A DNA stretch of 64,000 nucleotides from Raillietiella orientalis. Its lineage: Eukaryota. The stretch is from contig JAYWIR010000005.1 of assembly GCA_036172245.1 (NCBI GenBank), positions 5,642,001 through 5,706,000 on the forward strand, written 5' to 3'. The notes under the pieces were generated by a model, which saw nothing but the letters and a program-made list of their open reading frames with translations, did not search any database and was not told where the DNA came from. Below, in pieces: positions 12,980 through 25,250 of this stretch. A program made the translations under genes and the position numbers. Numbering within the stretch: position 1 is the stretch's first letter; every line of letters begins with the position of its first letter.

Positions 12980-14800
12980 TTCTCTTTCTTGTTGTGAAGA
13001 CGTGCTGTCTCAAAGAAGAGCAGCTGCATCTATGCCTCATTACCTACAAGATTTCCTTTTCCAGATTCATAATGCTGCATCAAAGAGGGAGGATGCAACG
13101 CTTTAGAGGGATTTCCGTTTATCAAGAGTTTTATTCTGAAGTGATGTCCATTCAGTGCTGTCCGAACGCAGCTCATAACTTGGATGAAGAAGGGACATCT
13201 CGAGCTTCTGCAGTTCTCCGATCAAGCGTTCCAGCAATTCTGAAATGAACTTACGAAGGTTAGCTGACGTTTTGAAAAACACCACGCTCCTGTTCTTAAA
13301 ATGTATCCCTTGTCGGGTCTTTCTAGCATCCAAGGTTCCGGATCTCTACGCCACCATCTTAGCTTCACTTTCCACTTATCGAGTGCTGTGAATAAGAGAC
13401 AAGGATCTGGTGCTCTGGCTAAGGACGAAGAGTCCTTGGCCAACATTTGGCTGTTGAATTTGCCAAACGAGACTATTCCCTTCCCTTCTTTTTGTGTTTT
13501 ATGTATGGAAGGAGCTCAATGAAGGAAACCATCGGTAGCGAACCGCAGAAATGGAGAGTGGGGCTGCCCAAAGAACGAAATGAAAGCAGTCCGAAGATCA
13601 ATTGGTTGAAAATGTGGTTTAATTAGTCAGTGAGCACAGTCAGGAGTGCTGCAGCGAGAAAACAGGAAGGGACCACATGGTGCTGCCACTGCTGCTGCTG
13701 TAACTGGAGACTATGATGCTGCAACATGTAGGTTCCAGAGAAGATCTGATCGAGAGGCAAATGAGCGGCACAGGATCTGGGCAGGAGATCTGGAGGAGAG
13801 TGCGCGGTCTCGAAATCGGAAAAAGGTGGAAAAGCTCAAGATTTCGAGGTGCTGCGGAATAGAAAACGATGGACGAGTAGCAGAAGCTCAAACTCAGTGC
13901 AATGGAACCTAGTTCTGCTATCGAATGACCCATATGAACAGGCGCTGAAAGCTACAGATGTGGCTGGAGGAATCTCTGATATGATACATGGAAAATGTAT
14001 TGTGGAAGATTCAACTGTGGCTACCAGTTCTTTCTTAGCACTGCAACAAAGATTATCAGAATGCCTCATCTGATTACTAAGGTTTCCTTAAGACAGCAGC
14101 ATCTCGTGAGAACAGGGAATGGAATTTCTTTTCAACTAGAGGCTGCTTGCTGCTCTTCGTCGCTTCTTCTCTGCGTTTGGACCAAGCACGGTGGAGTGTA
14201 TTTGGGGCTGTGGATTTCGTGGAAAACTCTCACCTGAAAAATGGACTTTCTTGAGAAACGATGAAGCAGCAGCTTGCCAAAAGTGCAGAGTTTCGTTTTC
14301 CATGAAAGAAAATGATTTCGGATGCTCAAGAGGACCGAACAAAATCGAGGTTCTTGCTCAGCAGAGAGAGTAAAGGATGCTCCCTATGAAAGATGGTGCT
14401 TGAGGAAACTAGAAGTCGGTTCTGCTAACAGTTTCGAGACTACCGCACAGTTGGGAACTTTGGATTTCTCCTAGAGCCTGTGTGTGAAGTAATGCAATGT
14501 AAAGGCTGCAAGAATGTGCTTCAGCTAGAGAGACGAATAGAACAGTTGAGAGATCCAGGTGAGACCCTGTGGACACAGCCCCCGAAATGTGGTCCATTTG
14601 AAGGGTCCGTCTGCTTAGCTTGATCTCTTGACTCTGTGCAACCTGTGAGCTTAGAAATTCTTTGAAACAAAGGGTCTCTATAGCGAAAAGCATGCATATC
14701 CTTCAAGCCTTCTACATTCATCTTCATCCTTCTGAAGCTCACAAGTCACTAAGCATTCATCGGCTTTTCCCGTGTTGCTGAAAATTCTTAATTATCTTTG
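12980..14800 (+). pseudogene. NERD-like plus SF1/Schlafen-type helicase-like pseudogene
   Basis: Ordered motifs across frameshifts: AFQQF...FEKHH, LLLL/VTGDYD (Walker A remnant, ~13690-13720), MEFLFN, YLGLWIS, and GFSRVA..FLIIF (motif VI, ~14760-14800). Confidence 0.45.
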
Positions 14801-15559
14801 AAATGCGAGTTTCCTTCAGAAGCACATGAGCTTGCTGAAACCTGCTAAGGTTAGAAGCTCGGTGGAAGGGAGGGGGGGAGGGAACCATTTTGTATCCATA
14901 GGAAAATTCTTTCGACAAACGCTCGCTCCTCGGCATCTGGTTTTTAGACGCTTGCAGCCGCTTCCATCACCGTCTTCAGCACGGATGCTGGGATTGCAAA
15001 ATCTCGTGTTAAGCAGGTACTCTGCCAGCAGTATTGCACCGATCACTGCCTTGAGTGATCAACCTCCCCCCTCCTCCCCCTGGGGAGCATCTCAACACGC
15101 ATTTCTTCTCTTGATGTTTCTTACCGTTTTGTCTAGAAATGGGGGCACACCCGATTTTTCCTTCCGGCATATCTTTTCCCAAGGTTAAGGTCCTCTCCGT
15201 GCAAGGAGGCGGTAATTGGGGCTTCCATCCAATGGCTCGGGCCATTCGACTTTGCGTCCGTTCCGACAACAACGTGAAAGAAGGAAAGAGGAAAATTTAA
15301 CCCAGAGGCGCACTCGTGAATCGCTGGAGACGAATTCATCTTCAGCAGTTCGAATGCATCGACATTTACGAAAGAAAACGAATATCCGTGAGAACTAACC
15401 AAGGTTTCAGTAAACTTCCGGAGTCAGTCCTGCCTGGAGTTCGTTGCACGGGCCTCTGGAGCTGCACGTTGCCAATGAACTCGGCTCCTTGGAGGGAACT
15501 GCGAAAAGAATTTCAATTTTTTTTTTTTTTTTTTTACGATCTGCAGCGGATTATCTTGC

Positions 15560-16560
15560 TACTCCATCGAGATTCCGCCTGAGATTTTACAACTTTTACG
15601 CCCGGGAGCGCATCGCTCAATCCCATGGGATGCGTTCATCTGCATTCATCATCCCCATGCAGATCGGCGCGCATCTTTGTTTTGAGGAATCTTGCGACGA
15701 GCCTCTCCTTATCTCAGCCAGCTCCGTCCGCCTCCGCTTGAGGTCGTTCGTTTCGGATGCAGCGGTCCAGCTGCGCTGCTGCTTCTCACCGTGAATTTCA
15801 CCCCGTAGCGTTGAGAAAGAGGAACTCGTCACTCGGTCGCCTGGATTCCCCGAGGATTCGTTCCGCGTCTCCTTTAACATGACATAGGAGGAACTGCGTG
15901 AGCCCACACATCAACAGGACCGGCACGCATCATCTCCACACACGAGCGATCCCTAAGGACCGAAAGTGCTCTCATCGGAAACCTTTCCAGAACGGACAGG
16001 CAAAAGGAAACCCATATATGTGTGTGCGTGTCTGTCTGTATATATGTATATATACAAATACAGCAATCGAATGTGTATATATCAAATATATGTGTGTGTG
16101 TATATACATACATATCTGCATTTTCAAAGCATACACAGTACCCGCGAGAACCAAAAGTATTCTAATAGGAAAACTTTCTAACATTGACAAAGTTGAAAGG
16201 AAAAATCCATGTGTATATATATATGTGTATGTGGAAACCCGTAAATCTACGTCAGATGTGCATATGGGACACTCCTATATGTGTGTGTACGCATGTATAT
16301 ACACACAACAATCCAATGTATATATGTTTACATATGCATACATATCTGCATTTTCAGAATCCAATTTATTTATGTATTTTCTTTCTTCGATAAGTGTCTT
16401 CGTGTCGATGCCTGCGTTTTGTGCAAACCGTGTGGATTACGCCACGGTCTCCAGCATGCGCGGTTTCGGTCATTCTCTTCAAGATTAACGAGCGAACCTC
16501 GTCTGCTACTGCCTTGCTGAATCTCGTCAATAGGATTCGTGGGAGCGCCGGTTTGAACCA
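15560..16560 (-). pseudogene. Tyrosine recombinase-like gene remnant, copy 3
   Basis: RRGSLVNLEENDRNRA...LHKTQAS (HKT at 16415-16423), then after a low-complexity tract DEFLFLNATG (15801-15824). This R-G---N / HKT / LFxxxxG order matches animal YR-like proteins. Confidence 0.5.
16010..16380. repeat. Low-complexity alternating purine-pyrimidine tract (possible intron of the YR-like gene)
   Basis: tatatgtgtgtgc/atatatacaca runs with a repeated catatctgcattttca. Confidence 0.85.
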
Positions 16561-16599
16561 CTTATCTTGAGAGTTTGAACCACTTATCTTCAAGCTTCT

Positions 16600-17600
16600 T
16601 TCCGAGCGTTCCTGGACTCATTTCTGCGGATCGATTTCCTTGGAGTGATTTCCACTGCCCCCTTGGAAGCCGAAGGACTCCGAAGCACGCTCGCAAGGCA
16701 GGTCTGAGAAACGCATGGGGATGAGTGAGCCGCCGCCACGCGTTCGAGACTCACCTCCCGCTGGCTTTTCAAGGCTTAGAGGAAATAGCCTCCAAGAACT
16801 GCTTCGCTTTGCCAATTGAGCGTAATCAGTGGCGTCTTTACAGTGGTCATCGCTTTGGTTCCTTTTGCTGGATGCTTCCAAAGAACTTGCCATGAGATGA
16901 AAGCACCACTCGCCTGCAACCCACGAAGGACACCAGCAGCACTCATTTATGATTGAATCCTCCGTGTCGGTGGTTTGGAATAAGACAGGGGAGAGGATCA
17001 GCAAGCAGGAGGAAATCTGAGAAGCTGCCGCGCCGTCGTCTTCCTGTGGGGTTCCTAACGAGCCCGATCCGCTCGCGCTGCAGATGTTTCTTCGAGCGCG
17101 CGAGGAGCGTGGGTCACGTGAACTCGCAGACTCCGCGGCCGCGCACGGAAGCAGCTGATCGCGCGAATGAATGGAAACGGCGGCTCCGCTGCCACGCTGC
17201 TTTTACGCGCGTCCCCACCGTACACGCGTACGCAAGCCCCCCGTACGGCAGTAGCAGACAGAGATCCTCCGGCAAAGTCAGCTTTGGGGAGGCGTCTGGA
17301 AAGCGAGGAGGCCGCGAAAGTACGCGGTTGCGGCCACTGCCGCCACCACTCGACGTTGCCTCTGCAGCATCCGCTGCTGATCTTTGGCTTCAATGATCGT
17401 CTCCTAGACTGCATGCCTTGCCGTTCCAAGGCCACTTTGCGCTTTCTCCTTTTTGCAAGCGTCTCCCTAAGCCGCCGTTCGACGAGGAATCTTCTCGTCC
17501 CTTCGAAGAAAAGCTCTCGCTTCCTCCTCAGGTGCTCGCTTCCCCAGCGAGATGGCACCCGCCGCTTCGGGCGGTCCGAGAGAATTTCCACCTTCGGAGG
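16600..17600 (-). mobile_element. L1/Tx1-like ORF1 (gag-like) remnant
   Basis: RM-like SLRVHVTHAPRALEETSAARA followed by eroded zinc knuckles (WCFH...DDHCKD..YA). Confidence 0.35.
16989..17379 (+). repeat. Left arm of 391-bp inverted repeat (partner 18231-18621)
   Basis: Direct reverse-complement match, near-identical core with mismatches concentrated in the outer ~45 bp; the ORF track shows the same peptide on opposite strands. Confidence 0.97.
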
Positions 17601-18230
17601 AGGTCGACGCAAACTTCACGAATCTTTCTGTACGGGTCGATACGATTTGAGCCATTGCCGCTGCTACGTCACCCGTCGCCGTCTTCCCTGAAACGGAAAG
17701 ACAGGAGTAAACCCCTGTTTTCCGGTTTAGGAGCTTCTGGATCCTGTCTCGAAGCCTGGTTTCGCGTTGACCTTCTCGTTTGCCACGAAACAACAGAAAG
17801 AGTTTCTCCACGAAACGAAATCCTCAGGTGGCTGAAGGGTTCCACTGGCAAATGAAGAGCCACGTTTGTCCTCACAGCCACAAGACGTGAGACTCTGCTT
17901 CCGTTACCGACAAAGAGAGACGGATGGACTGTGAACGCTAGCGACACCGCAAGGCCGCCGCTCCCATTGGGACTCCGAGACTACCTGAACCAGAACGCAG
18001 GGCGAGAGTTCCCTCGGCACCTCGACATGATAAAGATTCTTGGAGGTTGCAATGACTACTCGTTAGGAGCTACAGGTCACGACGTCTCCTCGAAGACCCT
18101 CTCGAAGCACCCAAACAGTTGTGGGACCCCCGTGGTTTCTTAATGATGGCCAGTCGAGCTTTTCTTCCACAGCTGCCGTTAGAATGCAGCTGAAGAAACA
18201 GCTGGCAAGAACGAATCCACTAACCTTCAA

Positions 18231-18621
18231 CAGCAGCGGATGCTGCTGAGGCAACGTCGAGTGGTGGCGGCAGTGGCCGCAACCGCGTACTTTCGCGGCC
18301 TCCTCGCTTTCCAGACGCCTCCCCAAAGCTGACTTTGCCGGAGGATCTCTGTCTGCTACTGCCGTACGGGGGGCTTGCGTACGCGTGTACGGTGGGGACG
18401 CGCGTAAAAGCAGCGTGGCAGCGGAGCCGCCGTTTCCATTCATTCGCGCGATCAGCTGCTTCCGTGCGCGGCCGCGGAGTCTGCGAGTTCACGTGACCCA
18501 CGCTCCTCGCGCGCTCGAAGAAACATCTGCAGCGCGAGCGGATCGGGCTCGTTAGGAACTCCACAGGAAGACGACGGCGCTGCAGCTTCCTAGACCTCCT
18601 CCTGAGTGCTGATCCTCTCCC
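18231..18621 (-). repeat. Right arm of 391-bp inverted repeat (partner 16989-17379)
   Basis: Reverse complement of 16989-17379; 851-bp spacer. Confidence 0.97.
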
Positions 18622-19899
18622 TCTTCCTTGGATTTCCATGACTTCTCGTCCTGTGCTACCACCCCCTCCCAGCGTCGTCGTTATCCCTTGGCGTTGCATG
18701 GACAGTGGCTACGCCTGATGACTTGTCGCCATGGAGTCGCCTCACTTCGGAGGAGAGGAGAATCCGGGCTGGAGGAGACGAAAGAAGAGCAAGAGATTCG
18801 AACACAACCCTATAGAGAAAGGACGAATGGGTTGCACTTCCCGTACCTCCCTCCACTTACTACTTCCCGGAAAAAGAAGGGGGCATTGCGATTTCCCCCT
18901 ATTTTTATTTTTTTTCCCCTAGGGATTCACGTCGCGGGGTCGTAGTTTCGTTTGTTCCTTTTCTCTTGTTCCCCACGAGCCGTACCATAGCGACCGCTGC
19001 GATCCTTTAACGGCCAGAGAGGGAACCTCAGGTCTTCTGCTAGAGTCCGAGCGCTGCTTCCGAAATCTCCATCTTCAGCAGGATTATTGCCCTTTTCACC
19101 TTCGAGGGTGGAGGGTCTCAGGGAAACAGAAAGAGAGAGCCTGAGGCTAAACGGAACTCTTGAAACGAACGCTGCCGACGCTGCGTCTGTCTTCCTGAGA
19201 AACTGCCATCAATCACTCGTCTCTGATCTCTCTCTCGCATCCTCCCCCACTTCTGTCGCTACCGCTGAGAGCAGAACATCCACCTCAGTGCGGAGGGTCA
19301 TCTTTTTCGATTCTCCTCCTCCGCCGCCATCTCTTGCCACTCCCATGCGCCTTCCCGAGTTCCCAAGGCGCGAGGATGCTGCTCCAGATTTTCTTCAAAT
19401 GTATCCTGCCTTCAGCCCTAGATTTTTCGCAGTGCTCTGAGAAGGATGGCTCCAGTGATAATGGAGATGACCTTTTCAGTACCAGAGAGATCTCTCGTGC
19501 GCTTGCTCTCTCTCTGTCTCTTCCCCTTGGCTAGACGTCACTCCCTGAGACCGAGAAAAGTTCGTCCTCTCGGCTACCTAGAAACGGTTCGTTTCCCAAC
19601 TGCGACGCCGGAAACCGACGCCCTCGTCCTCAGAAATGACATCCTGAGAGATATGATCGCCCTCAATATCCTTCCTGACTCCTTCCAGTCAGTAGTTTCC
19701 TTCCCTTTTTTCTTCTTTTCGCATTCTTCAGCGCCAGCTGGTATACAGGAGCAAACGAATCCTCCCCCTCCCCCCTGAAAACTTGGAAATTGGGCAGTTC
19801 CGCCTCCTGCTCGTCTCATGGTGAGGTCTTAAGGGTGCCTTCCGATTCCTCGTTCCCATGCTGCTCCAAGGAAGGGAGGGGCTCCCTGCTGCCTCGGCG

Positions 19900-21250
19900 T
19901 CTTCGACCCCATCTCTTCCTTCCCTCCCTCATTGCCCAAAGGAAAAAAACACAAATCCGCTAGCGCGTGAGCGTTCGATTACAATGAGCGAGCCCTCGCG
20001 CTTGTCTCCAAAGAGGCGCTGCTGACTTGGCACGCCCTGAGGCCACCTGCTGTGGTGGTCCCGAGTGGGCGCACGCGCAGAAGCAAAGCGGCGCGGGTCG
20101 GTGTATCGGTCTGGGCGGCTCTGACGCACTGCTGCAGAGCCCCCTGCGGCACGCTGTGGTGCCGGACGCGTGGGATGAGCAGGAGAGAGTCCATCCCTCC
20201 CTGAGGGGGAAAGCGAGACGTCTGGCGCATTCTGGCGGACTCCAGCCATCTCCCCTCCTCGACTTCTGGGATGGTCTCTGGGGAGGAGGGGGGGAGGGGA
20301 AAGGTTCTCACCACCCCGACTCACCAATCACCGAAGTTCACAGACTCGATGCACATTGTGGAAAGGGCCGGGGTGGAAGAGGGGAGGGAGGGAGGAGGCA
20401 AGAGAAGAACAGAAGGCGTGTGCGGTTGGCACACTCTGCGAGGGTGCACCTACTGGAAAGAATGGAGGAAGCGAAAGGGGAGGAAGAGGAACCGAGAGCG
20501 CGAGAGAGGGGAGGAAGTCTTCTCCGAATGCTTTCGCCCACGGCGCACTCGCGAAACAGTCGCGGTGGCCGCAGCACTGGAAGCCGGTGGCGATTTCCGT
20601 GACGTCGTCGGTCGCCTCGACTAAGAATGCGCGCGCGACACTATCGTTGCGGCCTGACCCGAAAGACGGGAGAGTCGCCCTGACCTCTTTCCTCTTCTTT
20701 CTCCTTGTTTTTTTTACTTTTTTTTTTCTAAAAAAAAAAAAAAGAAGCATTCTTCAGGCATTCTTCTTCCTGTCCCCGAGCGATCCTTGGCTCGGGGCAG
20801 ACGAGGAGCTACGAGACACTTCGCAGACTTAAAATGACGACTTGTGACCCCCGAGTCACAAGCCGTCACCTTAAGTCTGCAAAGAGGAAGAGTGTTGCAC
20901 TCCTGACTGCCGAGAGGGCGATTCTCCGCGGAATTTTGAGACAACGCCTTGGAGTCGGCTGCTCGAAGTCCGGGAGCGCTTCCGGTCGGGCGCGTGGGAG
21001 TTGCACGAAGGGCGAAGACACGAATTGCGTGTTCCCTGAACGAAGGGCGTCTCAGGCAACGCTCGGACGGACTCTGTCCTTTTGCGGTCGCTCCCCGTTG
21101 CCGAAGAGTTCGGGTCTCTCTGAGCCCTTGACCCCCGCTTTGATCCTCTGCCTCCCTTCCCCCCTGGGGACGAAGTGGCGACCGCTTGAGGGTGCTCGGC
21201 CTCCAGGTGCTTGGCGAGCTGCTGAGAGCCAGAGGTGTACAACCCCGTGC
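19900..21250 (-). mobile_element. L1/Tx1-like ORF1 remnant
   Basis: RALPETPFVQG/HAIRVFALR...LQGVVSKF (RRM-like), a Cys/His remnant (CCGHRDC) and a Pro/Ser-rich tail. Confidence 0.3.
20823..20880 (-). other. 58-nt hairpin/palindrome (pre-miRNA sized)
   Basis: gcagacttaa-aa-tgacg-a-cttgtgac / 6-nt loop / gtcacaag-c-cgtca-cc-ttaagtctgc. 23 of 26 positions are Watson-Crick; the other 3 are G-U pairs on the minus-strand RNA. Confidence 0.85.
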
Positions 21251-22156
21251 TGGTCTTATCGTTGGCACTGATTGCACATGCGAATGCCTGAGGGCCCTTG
21301 CACTCTGCTGGTCATAAGGAAAGGGAAACTCTCCGTCCTCTTCCAGCAGCAGTGGAGCGCGGGTTTTTTTGCACGACGCACTCTGGTTCCATAGAAGACT
21401 TGGTTGCGATTTCGATAAGTGGGAATGCTAGAAGGGGTAGGATCTCGTCGCTTCAGCGTCCATTGCACGGTTGTCCCTGCCCTCTCCAGGGCTGCATTCG
21501 ACCCCACGAGGAGGAGCAGCAGGAACGTCCAACCCCTTCGTATTTTTCCCGTGCGAGTCGAAGACGTCATTCCCCCTGGAGGGCACCCTGGGCGTTCGGA
21601 GAAACGGACAAATTCCGATGGCCGCTCTCGCTGACCGCAAAACGAAAATAGAAGCCTCGATCGCCGCTCCTTCTTGCGGAGGAACGCAGAAGCCCAGCAA
21701 CGGGAAGTGAGCCAACAATCGACAATAAGGAAATGGACGATTACTGAGACTTTTTTCATCACTCAATTATAGTAATTAGCGTCATTTCACCACGTTTCAA
21801 TGATTTGCTTACGTGCTTACAATTCCATTTAGCGGGGGGGGGGGCATTTATTGTAATTGGGGTGTTAATAATTCATTTTCTTTTAAATAATGGCGCAGAG
21901 GATGGGGATGCGCTGGAACGTTGCCCACCTTCCTCTTCGCAGGCGAATCTCGTTCCTAACCTCACGTTTTACTGTATCCAGCGAAAGTCCCGTCGGCAAT
22001 CCGAATTCCGGAATTCCTAGTGAAGTTTGCGGTTTCCGGCTTTTGCTCTTTTACTGCCTTGGTTTGACGAAAGCAAACAGCATCCCCCCCCCCTCCCTCA
22101 AACAGAAGAAGGGGAGAGCAGATAGCAGCGCAACACGAGTGGATGGTACACTCAAA

Positions 22157-22233
22157 CAGCGCTCCCCAAACCCTGTGGCACTCTGCTTTTGAAATGTGGC
22201 GAAGTGCCACAGAGGTGGCACTTTGCCACATTT
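22157..22233 (+). mobile_element. hAT-like DNA transposon/MITE terminus with subterminal palindrome
   Basis: cagcgctccccaaacc resembles hAT TIRs (CAGnGnTnCCCAAAC); followed by GTGGCAC repeats forming a 19-bp stem (22192-22233, one G-T). No partner TIR seen. Confidence 0.5.
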
Positions 22234-22949
22234 TTCTTTCCTATTCGGAGGCTACACCTTCAGCTACGGAGGAGGGGGGGTCGATTGGTCGAGCCACCAG
22301 TCGAAGTCATGGTGAATCAACCAGGTTTCGAATGGAAGCTGCCTGCTTCGGACAACCGCTTCCTTTCTCCTCCGTGGGACAACTTCTGATTCCTCGTGAA
22401 TAGTTCGACCTCGAAAGAAGGTTGGCCGCCGCTGACTACTACACGCAGAATAACAGAACTCTACGTTTCGCCACAAGATTTCTTGCACTGTGCGCTACTA
22501 ACCGGTCGCCCGTGTGTGCATCTGCGGTCTTGCGGCTGCGGTTTCCCGTAGGTGCTTCCAACGAGGACGCTGCCAAAGCGCAGGTACTGTCTGACTAATC
22601 CTACGCAAAAGAAATCCCGGGACAAACGACTCTTCTTCTTTCGGCACTTGTTTCGGGAACTCCAGCATGGGGGAAGCACCTGATAAAAGTTGAATGCGGC
22701 CTCTGGACGTCACGTCCTTTCGGTGACCGATGTCCGTTTTCTTTCTCTGAAAGTATGTTGAAAATTCGGTCAGCCCACTGCTCACCCTCGCCTTCATTCG
22801 TGAGTTCTAAACGGTTCCGCTTCTTTACAATATCGGAGGACCCCACAGGGCAATAAAAGTCCCAAGTGGTACGCCGAACTATCGTCCTCACGCTGAAATT
22901 TTCCATAGTCTCGATTTAGCCTCCCAGGTTCGTCTTCTGGGTGGATGCC

Positions 22950-25250
22950 TTGGAGACTGTTGATCGAATGGCAGCAGTGGATGATCCACTCCCACGTGAA
23001 AAGACGGCTATCAGGGATGCCACTGCTAGAGTTGATCAAAGGTATGCGACTACGGACACACCCAGCAACCAACTTACTGCATTGCAGGCTTTTTTTTTTT
23101 TTTCCCCTTTCTTTTTTGCCCGAACGTCGGTAGAAAAGCGTCCTTACTGGTTGCGTAGGTGTCAGCTGTTGTCCTGCCAATTGCGCTATCAAAGCTCATT
23201 AGCATTCTCCAATTCCAGCCTCTGGTTCCCAAGGGCATCAAGCTGGCTCGCTGTTTCCAACGACTGTCTTCTCACCTATCTAGAACGAGAAAGATTTCCG
23301 GATTTGAGAGTCCTTGATGGCTTGGAGCTCTGCGCCTTCATCTAGGAAGTGCAAGTCAGGGTAACATATGGTCTCAGAGAGGAGTCTCTGGCTTGCAATT
23401 ATCGTACTCGTCCGGAAGAAATCTCTATTCTTCCTGTCAGGTAACAACCTGTAAGCAAAGCAGGTTCCTTGAGGATCTCGCGGCAAGGGACTCTGGAACT
23501 GTTTAGGAAACCGTCCAGTCGTCGACGGAGAGGAACAGGAAAGTGTGCGCTCTCTTGGAGGAATCTGGAGGATTGATTCCGTGGAGTGGAGGTTGGTCTG
23601 CAAGCCATGTAACACACTATTTGCAGCGACTGCTTGGACGGTTAGCTTTCGAGTAGCCCTCGAAGCTCCTGCACTCTGGAACCACTGGGTGCTCCTCCTG
23701 AGACCAAATTCATCGTCTCGATGCTTACCATCCTGTTCTCTAGATGGCCCCCAATTCGAAGACCATCCATTCTGCATCTCACCACGACTTGCATCTGTGC
23801 CTTTCCACCTTCAACCTCTTCGTCTTGTTTCGCTGCTCCAGGTACTGCGAAGTACCCGTGCTCGAGTCGGTCGCTCTTTAGGTTGCGGGGCTAGCAAAGC
23901 AGCACCCATTTTATCCACTCCTAATCTGGTGCTATGGCCTTTAAATTCAATGGCTCCTGTTCTAGATGCAGCAAGGGAGCTCAAAAAAGTCAGAAAAAAA
24001 AACAAAACAAAACATGGATATCCCTGCTTATTCAGCACCTGCGTGCGTGCCAGCTGTGAAGTAGTGAAGGACACCTGAAACAGTAGCATCCCAAAAGGGT
24101 TTTGGTGCCAACACTGTCCACAACACTGTCTTAGTCCCTGGAGACAACTGATGATTCATCGAGACAGCGATAACAGCAGCAAATCCTGCTGAGAGCGGTT
24201 ACAGGTGGATTAGCCAGTAAAGTGGTCGGCGCTCAGGAAAACGACGCAGTGCTTCACTGTTTGATCAACCATGTTCGCGGTGCTCTCAGTCGGCCTGGTC
24301 ACGTGGGCGAGTTTGCTCGCCACTGTGTTTAATGATTACGGTAATTTGGTCGCGTTAGCGCATGTGTGCTGGCGCTGCCACGCATGGCAACTTCCACATG
24401 CGCGCGACTTGGGTGGTTTGGCTTCAGGTCAGAAATGGCTACTTCCCCTGGAACCGGTGCAAGAAAAGCGTACTGTGGTTCTCTTTCGGCCGGAGGAAGA
24501 ACTAACCTTCCACTTAGAGTTCGCAGGAGTCCACTTCCGATCTGAGGCGAAAAGAGATCGTTGTTTGCAGCGGTCAACGAGGGCACGGAACACTGGTATG
24601 CAAAGCCTTCAAGTAGAGAAGGAGCACAGTGTTGCGCGTGCTGGTCTAGAGGACGGTGAGAGCAGAGATGAACGAATGACCAACACTGTTCTTCAAGACG
24701 GATCTGTCGCAATTCGAGCAGCTGAAGACATGCTCGCTGTTCCATAGGGACGCATATCAGCTCAAGAAGAAGAAGCATGGGGGTTTTAAAGCAGGCATAC
24801 GAAGCTCGTAAGGAACTGAGGGAGTCTGCCTTTTTTCCTAGCTACTTTCAAAAAGGAGCGGTGGGAAGGGACCTCTCACATCGCCTCTCGAAAGAAATTT
24901 GCATCTACAGGACAGTTTTTCAAAAGAGCTTTTCCTTCAGCAGGGTTTGAGGAAGGCGGATCGGCAGAAGCAACACCAAGCCGTGTCCACTGCCAAACAA
25001 AGGCGACTCCTTTTTTATCACCATGAGTTCCTTTCCCACTCGAAGGACCATCTAAATGGGTTCTGGCCATCATAGAGGAGTATAAAGGCTCCCGTATGAT
25101 GGCTAGAATCTGTTCCAAGAAAGGAAGAGAGAATGTGGATTCAGAACACCTCGTTTCCAAAGCAAAAGCTCTCCTGAAAGTTTCACTATTTAGGGTTCAA
25201 ATTCTTCTGGCTAGAGGGTTCTTAAGAGTTCATGATTCTTAGAGGGACAA
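22950..25250 (-). mobile_element. Decayed R2-superfamily (HERO-like) non-LTR element: RT plus RLE
   Basis: In order: KGRLPQF...LLLKP...DMRP (24747-24758), LLLYLKALHTSVP, RFQG, then GAIEFKGHSTRLG, YPDL (23352-23363) and CPWE (23226-23237; ELTxPWE-type RLE). Confidence 0.6.

Noticed and set aside
16551..16590. 18-bp direct repeat gtttgaaccacttatctt x2 as a recombination site or TSD
   Set aside because: Only 4 bp separate the copies; a simple local tandem duplication explains it.
21465..21565. HDV-like ribozyme (minus-strand tcc-tcctcgt-ggg) near a putative LINE 5' region
   Set aside because: No P1.1 GG or J4/2 catalytic C in the right place; the region folds more simply as a hairpin.
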